A stretch of DNA of 46,343 bases from Desulfobacterales bacterium (GTDB taxonomy: Bacteria; Desulfobacterota; Desulfobacteria; Desulfobacterales; Desulfatibacillaceae): contig JAGVGH010000053.1 of NCBI GenBank assembly GCA_020057225.1, positions 1 through 46,343 of the forward strand, given 5' to 3'. The notes beneath the pieces are model-generated. The model had not been told where the DNA came from, did not search any database, and saw nothing but the letters and a program-made list of their open reading frames with translations. The position numbers were made by a program, and so were the translations under genes. Numbering within the stretch: position 1 is the stretch's first letter; each line of letters begins with the position of its first letter. Below, one piece after another: positions 25,959 through 34,900 of the stretch.

Positions 25959-28900
25959 ATGCGGCTCGCCAAACGCCAGGGCCATGCCCTTTTCCCCGCT
26001 CTCTTGCTCACACTTCTCTTTCTTTCCGCGGCGGGACAGTTTTCCGTGTGTCTCCCGGCGGACGCGCCCCCGCCTCCTGTCCTCTCCGCGGGAACGCCGG
26101 ACAGCGAAGGGCGGCCTGTCTGGACATGGACCTCGGGCAGGGGCGGCGGCGTAATGGTCTTTGCCGGGGGAGCGTTCTCCTCGGCGGGCGGCGCCGGGGC
26201 ATCCAACCTTGCGGCCTGGGATTCCAGGACCGGGGCATGGTCGGCGGTGGGAAAAGGCGTCGGCGGGCCTGTGCGCTCCCTTCTTGCGGACACCGGCGTG
26301 GTGCGCGTGGGCGGAGGAGCGGGAGTGGCTTTCTGGGACACCACGACCGGCGCGTTTCACACACCGGGCGGCGGCGTCGGGGGTGAGGTCCATGTCCTTG
26401 CCATGGACGGGGACGGCAGGCTGTACGCGGGCGGCGCGTTCCGCCAGGCCGGAGGAGAGTCCGCCCGCTCCATCGCGCGGTGGAACCCTGGCGCCCGTGT
26501 CTGGTCCGGTTTGGGCGGCGGTCTTCCCGGCCCGGTGTTCGCCATTGCCATCGGCGGCGGGCATGTGTACGGCGGCGGCTCTTTTGCCCTGGACGTTCCC
26601 GGGGCCGGGGCCAACATGGCCCGGTGGTCCCTCTCCGAAGGCGCGTGGCGGGGGGTTGCCGGAGGGGCGAACCGGACAGTCACCGCCATGGCCATGGGAC
26701 CGGACGGCAGCCTGTACGCCGCGGGGGAGTTTTCCCAGGCGGGCGGCCTTGCGGCGGGAAACGTGGCGGCCTATGACCCGGGAAGCAAAACCTGGCGCGC
26801 CTTGGGCAAAGGCCCGGGCGGCCCGGTGTACGCCCTCCTGCACTGGGGGGGCGCCTTGTACGCGGCAGGCTCGTTTTCCGGCGGCGTGGCCCGGTACTCC
26901 GCGGGCGCGTGGAAAAAGCCCGGGGGAGGACTGGACGGCGGAGACGTCCTGGCCCTGGCCGACGGACCGGACGGCAGGCTGTACGCGGGCGGAAGATTCA
27001 CCCTTGCCGGGGGCGTTGCCGCCGGACATGTGGCGGCCTGGAACCCTGGCCAGGGCGCCTGGACTCCCCTGGGAGCGGGGGTCGGCGGCCCTGTGCGCGC
27101 CCTTGGGGTTCTCCGGATTCCCGTGTACCGGGTGAAACTGGATGATCCCTCCCTGGAGCAGGGCGCCCGTATCACCTCCAAAGAAACCTTTGCGCCTGAA
27201 AGCGCGACCGGACAGCATACGCTGTATGTCCAGGAGGGCGGGCTTCTTGGCAACTGGTCCCCCTCCGCCTCCCTGGCGCTTCAGGCGGGCGCGCCTCCGG
27301 CGGCGGCTCCTGCGGTTCCCGCCGATGTGACCCTGGCCGCTCCCGCTCCGGCCCCCGCGCCGCCTGTTCCGCCTGTCCCTGCGGTTGCCCCGGCAGTCCC
27401 GGAGCCGGAACCCCCTGCCCCAGCGGAAACCCTGGAGGACGCCGGGGAAAAGCCGGAGGCGGCGCCGGAAGAGGCCGGAGAGATTGAAATCGGGGAAGGA
27501 GGCGAGGCCGCTGTGGCGCCGGAGGAAGCGCCCGAACCTGTGGCGCCTGTCACGCCCGCGACTCCGCCGCCCCCCCCGGCTCCTGTTCCGCCTCCGCCCA
27601 GAGTCAACGTGGTCAATCCTGTTCTTCCGGGCGGCATTCCCCCTGTCAAACCGTTCACCGCCATCGAAGAGCCGCTTCCCGCCGCGTCCTCTCCGGGGGA
27701 GGCAACGCCCGCCGCCCTCCCAGGTCCGGACGGACTTACGCCTTCCGGCAGGCCCGGCGGCGCGCCCTTGCCAGGGGCGCCCCTTGTCTCGGTTGTGGAA
27801 GCCACCAACAATCCCAGGCCCGCCTTTGAATGGCAGTCCGGCGGCGGCGGCTCCGGACTGTTCCATTACCGCATAGGCTTCGACGCCGCCTGGATGGAAA
27901 CCCGGGAAACCCGGTACACCCCAACAAGCGCCCTGCCTGACGGACGCCACACCCTGTATGTCCAGGAGGCGGACACGGAAGGCCGCTGGTCGGATCCCGG
28001 CGCCGCCACCGTGGTTGTGGACTCCACCCCCCCCCATCCGCCGGTGGTTTCGGTCAAGACTCCCACCAGCGAAAAAAGCCCGGAATGGACCATTCAAAGC
28101 GGGGGGGACGGCGAGGGCGTGTTCGGCGTCCAGTTGGACGCGCGGGACAAGGACGGCTGGAAAGAGTTCACCGGAACGTCCTTTCGCCCGGAAACCCCCT
28201 TTGAGGACGGAAAACACGTCCTCCATGTCCGGGAACGGGACAAGGCGGGCAACTGGTCCGGGGTGACCTCCCGTGAAGTGACGGTGGACACCGCGCCCCC
28301 CAAAACTCCAAGGCTCAAGGCGGTAAGCGCGCCCATGGCTCCCAGGCCCGCGTGGATCTGGGAAAGCGGCGGAGGAGGCGCCGGGATTTTCCGGTATCAG
28401 ATGGACGGCCAAAAAGAAGACGGCGCCACGGAAACCAAAGAGAAAAAATTCTCCGTGGAAGAATACCTCGCCTCCGGGGAGCACGCCCTGTTTGTCCAGG
28501 AAACGGACGAGGCGGGCAACTGGAGCGAGGCCGCTGGCCTGACAGTGACCGTGGACGCCAGCGCCCCTGGAAAACCCAGGGTTTCCGCCAAAAGCCCGGT
28601 CAACACGCGGACCCCCGGCTGGACATGGGTGAGCGGAGGCGAAGGTTCGGGGGTTTTCCGCGTTCAACTGAACGGCGAGGCCGAAGGCAAGTGGGCCACT
28701 GTCGAGGCGTTTGAGTACACGCTGTCCAAGCCCGTGCCCAAGGACGGAAAACACACTCTCTACGTGCAGGAGGCCGACCCCGCGGGCAACTGGTCCGAGT
28801 CCGGTTCAGGGGAGGCCCTGGTGGACACGGAGCCTCCGGATCCGCCAAGGGTCGAGTGCCCGGAAACCACCACCTCGCCCGCCCCGGTCTGGCGCTGGAA

Positions 28901-31900
28901 ATCCGGCGGCGGTGGAAACGGCCTCTTCCGCCTTCGCCTGGACGTGGCGGAAAACGGTCCGTGGACCGAGACCGCCGCCACGGAATACAGCCCGGAAAAG
29001 CCCTTTGAGACAGAAGGCGCCCATGTTTTGGAAGTCGCGGAGCAGGATGCCGCAGGCAACTGGTCCGAGGCCGGAAGGGCGGAAACCCTGTTTGACAAAA
29101 CCCCTCCCGCCCCTCCCGCCCTTGAGGTGAAAACCCAGGGAACCGGGGCGCGGCCTGTCTGGACCTGGAAAAGCGGCGAGGGAGGCGCGGGCCTGTTCCG
29201 CTGCCGGCTGGACGGAAACCCCGAGGCGTGGGAGGAAACAGACCAAACCGCCTTCCGGCCCGAAACCAACCTCAGCCCGGAAAAGGAGCATGTTTTCGAG
29301 GTCCAGGAGCAGGACAAGGCAGGCAACTGGAGCGCCTCCGCCGCGCTTTCCACCGTTGTGGACACCAAGGCCCCGGAGCCTCCCATCGTGACGGTTCAAA
29401 GCCCCACGCGCAACCGGAGGCCCTCCTGGTCCTGGAAAACGGGCGGCGGGGGAACGGGAGTGTTCGAAGTGCAGCTTGACGGCACGGACGATGGCAAGTG
29501 GGCCGTTGTCGAGGCAAGCGCTTACACGCCGGCCAAGCCTTTGAAGGACGAGGGGGAGCACGCGCTGTACGTGCGGGAGAAGGACGCGGCGGGCAACTGG
29601 TCCGACCCGGGCAAGGCGGCGGTGGTTCTGGACAGGACCCCGCCCGCGCCTCCGGGATTTATGAAAAACGAGGCGGTGAACACTCGGCAGCCTGTGTGGC
29701 GCTGGAAATCCGGCGAAGGCGGGGAAGGTCTCTTCCGCTACCGGCTTGGAGAGGGCCCCTGGACAGAAACCCGGGAAACGGAATTCCGGCCCGCGCCGCC
29801 TTTTGAGAAGGACGGGCGGTATGTGCTCGAAGCCGCGGAGCGGGATACCGCGGGCAACTGGTCGGAAACCGCAAGCCAGGCTCTTACTGTGGACACGGAG
29901 CCTCCCGCCGCGCCCAAAGTCGTGGGCCTGGAGGTCACATCCAACGGCACGCCCACCTGGACCTGGACGCCGGGCGGCGGCGGCGCAGGCGTCTTCCGCT
30001 GCCAGCTTGACGGCGAGGACGGGGAGTGGAAGACCCTGGAGGAGACGGATTTCACTCCGGGCGAGGCATTGGATGAAAGCGGCCCGCACACGCTCTTTGT
30101 GCAGGAGCGGGATATTGCGGGCAACTGGTCCTCATCAGGGAGCCATGCGGTCACGGTGGACACAACCGCGCCCGGCGCGCCGGTTGTGACGGTTAAAAGC
30201 CCGACCAGCGACGCCACGCCGGAATGGACATGGAAGTCCGGGGGCAACGGCGCCGGGGAGTTCCGGGTACAGCTTGGCTCAGAAGAGGAAAAATGGACGG
30301 AAACCCAAAAGACCTCCTTTACCCCTGACAAACCCGCGGCCAAGGACGGGGAGCTTACGCTTTTTGTGCAGGAGCGGGATTCCGCGGGCAACTGGTCGCC
30401 CAGCGGCTCGGCCCGCGCGCTGGTGGACACCAAGCCTCCTGCCCCTCCCAAGGTTGAGGTGAAAAGCCCTGTGGCGACAGCCCGTCCCGCGTGGCGCTGG
30501 ACAAGCGGCGGAGGCGGCGGGGGATTCCGGCTCAAGACCTCCTGGGGCAAGGGGGACTGGGTGGAAACAGCAGCAACGGAATACACGCCGGGCGGGGATT
30601 TGACCGCCGGAAAGGGTTACACCGTCCATGTGCAGGAGAGGGACGCGGCGGGCAACTGGAGCGCGTCCGCCCAGGCCGGAACCTTGGTTGACACGGAGCC
30701 TCCCAAGGCTCCCAAGGTAACAGGCAAGACCCCTGTCGCCACACAGACCCCGACTTGGGAATGGACGGGCGGAGGAGGCGGCGCCGGGATCTTCCGGACA
30801 CGGCTTGATTCCGCCGACGCCCAGGCCATGGAGATTTCCGCCACGTCCTGGACCGCTCCGGAACCCCTGGAGGACGGGGACCATGTCCTTTCCGTGGAGG
30901 AGCGGGATATTGCGGGCAACTGGTCCTCATCAGGGAGCCATGCGGTCACGGTGGACACCACCGCGCCCGGCGCGCCGGTTGTGACGGTTAAAAGCCCGAC
31001 CAGCGACGCCAGGCCGGAATGGACATGGAAATCCGGAGGCAACGGCGCCGGGGAGTTCCGGGTACAGCTTGGTTCGGAAAAGGGGACGTGGACGGAAACC
31101 TCAAAGACCTCCTTTGCCCCTGACAAACCCGCGTCCAAGGAGGGGGAGCTTGTGCTCTATGTGCGGGAGCGGGACCTTGCGGGCAACTGGTCGCCAAGCG
31201 GATCCGCCCGCGCGCTGGTGGACACAACACCCCCTGCCCCTCCCAAAGTGGAGACAAAAAGCCCTGTAACAACACCCCGGCCCACATGGCGCTGGACAAG
31301 CGGCGGAGGTGGCGGGGGATTCCGGCTCAAGACTTCCTGGGGCAAGGGGGACTGGGTGGAAACAACAGCGACGGAATACACGCCGGGCGGGGATTTGACC
31401 GCCGGAAAGGGTTACACCCTGGAGGTCCAGGAAAAAGACCTTGCCGGAAACTGGAGCGCGGCCGGCTCAGGCAAGGTGCTCATTGACACCGAGCCGCCCA
31501 AACCGCCCAGGGTTGCCGGAGCAACCCCTGTCACAACCAAAACCCCGGCATGGGAATGGGAAAGCGGCGGGGGAAATGGCGCGGGGGTTTTCCGGACGCG
31601 GTTAGACTCCGGGAAAGCGGCTCCGGAGGAAACCTCCTACACCCGGTTTACCCCCTCCGCGCCCCTTGCGGACGGAGAGCACACGCTTTTTGTGGAGGAG
31701 CGGGATATTGCTGGCAACTGGTCCGCCCCCTGCAGCCACACGGTAACGGTGGACACCGTGGCGCCCCCGGCTCCCAAGGTGACAGGACAAAGCCCGACCG
31801 CTCTGCCCCGCCCCGCGTGGACCATTGAAAGCGGCGGCGGCGCAGGCGTCTTCCGCGCGCAACTGGACGGGGACTCCCCGGACGGCTGGTTCAATCCCGC

Positions 31901-34900
31901 AACGCGCGCCTACTCTCCGGAGAAGAACCTTCCCGACGGCGGGCACACGCTGCGCGTCCAGGAACGCGACGCCGCGGGCAACTGGTCCGCCCCGGCCTCC
32001 TTTGCCGTGGTGGTTGACACCGCTCCCACGCCCCCGCCTGTTCTTTCCGCGAAAACCCCTGTCAGCGCCCTCCGTCCCCTGGTCACATGGACGACGGGCG
32101 GCGGGGACGGCCTCTTCCGCTATCAGTGGGATGACGCCAAGGACTGGACCGAGACAAGGGAAACCAAGGCACGCCCCAAGACCCCCTTCAAGGGCGGAGA
32201 GAAACACGCGTTCCGCGTCCAGGAGCGGGATTCCGCAGGCAACTGGAGCGCGTCCGCGGAATTCACACTGCTTGTGGACACCACGCCGCCCGCTCCCCCT
32301 GTTCTGAAAGGCCCTGCTCTTGCCAGTACAGACCGTCCGGAATGGACCTGGACCTCCGGCGGCGAGGGCGGAACCGGCGTTTTCCGGTTTAAGGAAGAGG
32401 GTGCCAAGGACTGGACCGGGACCCGGGAAACCCGGCACACCCCGGAAACCCCGCTTAAAGACGGTGAAACCCGGACCCTCGCCGTCCAGGAGCAGGACCA
32501 GGCCGGCAACTGGAGCCTGGCTTCAGAAAGCAAGGTCACGGCGGACCTCTCGGCTCCCGCGCCCCCTGTTGTCACGGCCAAAACCCCGGTGAACACGGCG
32601 GCGCCCTCGTGGTCCTGGAGCCCGGGCGGCGGCGGCAACGGAGAATTCAGGGTTAAAACCGGGGAGGAGGGTCAGTGGGAAACGGTAAAAGGCGCCCGCT
32701 ACACGGCCAAAACGCCCCTTGCGGACGGAACGGAGCACACCCTGTTTGTGCAGGAGGCGGACGCGGCGGGCAACTGGTCCGCCTCCGGCTCCTTTGCCGT
32801 CACGGTTGACCTTCAAGCCCCGTCCGCTCCTGGTGTCACGGGCAAGACCCCTGCCAACACGCGGACCCCCTCCTGGTCCTGGAAAACGGGCGGCGGGGGA
32901 TGCGGAATATTCCGCGTTCAACTGGACCAGACAGCGGACGGCGGCTGGAAGGAGACAACGGCCCTCACCCACACCGCCGCGCGCAAGAGCGTCCATGGCG
33001 AAACCCGGACCTTGTACGTGGCGGAGCGGGATCTTGCGGGCAACTGGTCTTCCCCCGGTTCTTATAAGGTGGAAATTGACCTTGAGCCTCCCAAGGCGCC
33101 CAAAATCCAGGCCGATAGCCCGGTCAACAACCCGAGGCCTTCCTGGCGCTGGGAAAGCGGCGGAGGCGGCGCGGGGATCTTCCGCTATAAGCTGGAAAAC
33201 GCGCCTCAAGACTGGACCGAAACCCGGGAGACAGGGTTTGCCGCTCCAACTCCCTTGCCTGCCGGGCGCCACGCGCTGCTGGTTGCCGAGCAGGACGCCT
33301 CGGGCAACTGGTCGGAACCGGCAAAAGCCGGGGTCGAGGTGGACCTTGACCCGCCCGCGCCGCCGGTTGTTTCCTGCTGGTCTTTGACCAACAATCCCAA
33401 ACCCTCCTGGACCTGGAAATCCGGCGGAGACGGCGCCGGAGTCTTCAACATCCGCCTTTCCGGAACCGAAGGCTGGACAGAGACAAGCGCCCTGGAATGG
33501 GCGCCGGAAACGGCCCTTTCCGGGGACGCGGCCTACACCCTCGAAGTCCGGGAACGCGACGCCGCGGGCAACTGGTCCGCTCCCGGTTTTGCGGGCCTGG
33601 TTCTCGACACCGCTCCCCCGGTCCCGCCCCTGGTCAAGGTCCAAAGCCCCGCGCGGAACACCGGGCCGGTGTGGACCATCGTTAGCGGCGGCGAAGGGGA
33701 CGGGACGTTCGAGGCGCAACTGGACACAACCGAAGAGAGCGGCTGGACCCCTGTTAAAACCGGACGGTTCAAGGCGCCCCGGGCGTGGGAAAACGGGGAG
33801 CGGCATGTTCTTCATGTCCGGGAGAGGGACGCGGCGGGGAACTGGTCTTCTCCCGGAAGCGCGGAGGTTTTGGTGGACACAGAGGCTCCCGCCGCCCCGG
33901 TTTTGGCCGCGTATCCGTCCCTCACCCGGGAAAGCCGGATAACGGTTTCCGGAACCCGGGAGCCGGGCGCCCGCGTGCTGGTGAACGGCCTTGAAAAGGC
34001 GCCCGCGGACGGGTCTGAGGCCTGGACCGCCCAGGTGGATTTGGAGGAAGGGGAAAACCGGATAGACGTGGTTTGCGAGGACGCCGCCGGGAACACGGGC
34101 AAATCCGCCAGGGCGCTGGTGCGGCGGGACGCCACGCCTCCGGAGGCCCCGGCCCTGGTGTCCTCGGAGCCGGAGACGGGCGCCGCCTTCCGGGGAGAGA
34201 GGCTGAACCTGGAATGGACGCCCGCATCGGACGCGGCAAGCGGCCTCGCCGGATACCTTTTCGCCTTGGACACCGCCCCGGACACAGAGCCGGGCGGAAC
34301 CCTTGAAAAAACCCTTCCCCCGGTTTTGACCATGGAAAAGGACGGAGTGTATTACCTCCATGTCCTGGCCAAAGACAACGCCGGGAATGATTGCAAAACC
34401 GTTCACCTCGGCCCTTGGACCCGGGACACAGCGCCCCCGGAGCCGCCTAAAATCACCACGGACGGCGGCAACGGTCCGGGCCGCGATTTCAGCACCAGTG
34501 TCCAGGAACTGACCTTGGAGGGAACCGCGTCCCCGGACACCGCGGATATTGTGGTCAACGAGGCGATCGAGGGCGTGGAATACGCCCAGGGTGAAACAGG
34601 CTGGAAATTCACGGGATCGTTGGGGCCCGGAGCGCGCGCCTACACGGTGACGGCTCTGGACGCCGCCGGAAACACGGCAAGCTCCGTCATCACGGTTTCC
34701 TATGTGATGGGACCCGGCACGTACCATGTGGATATCTCCGGCGGCACCGACGACATGGCCTTTGGCACGGGCGCGGGCGTTCTCGCGTTCCGCACCGTCC
34801 ATTACGCGGTGTCGGCCATTAATGAGGGTGTTCCCGGCGCGTATGTTCTCATCATTGAGCCGGGCGTTTACTCGGTGGAGCGCGGGGAAAAGGACGCCGC

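Noticed and set aside
25818-28754. A 978-aa minus-strand ORF, and similarly 32523..34802 (759 aa) and 28806..30089, antisense to the giant gene.
   Set aside because: The products are Arg/Gly/Pro-rich and low in complexity, with no family motifs or credible ribosome-binding sites. They lie fully inside a strongly supported plus-strand CDS. They are typical shadow ORFs of high-G+C DNA.
27780-33889. Whether the regular ~266-bp tandem repeat could be a CRISPR array or a non-coding satellite.
   Set aside because: The period is far too long for CRISPR and there is no spacer/repeat alternation. The array is in frame throughout, with a conserved protein-level signature.
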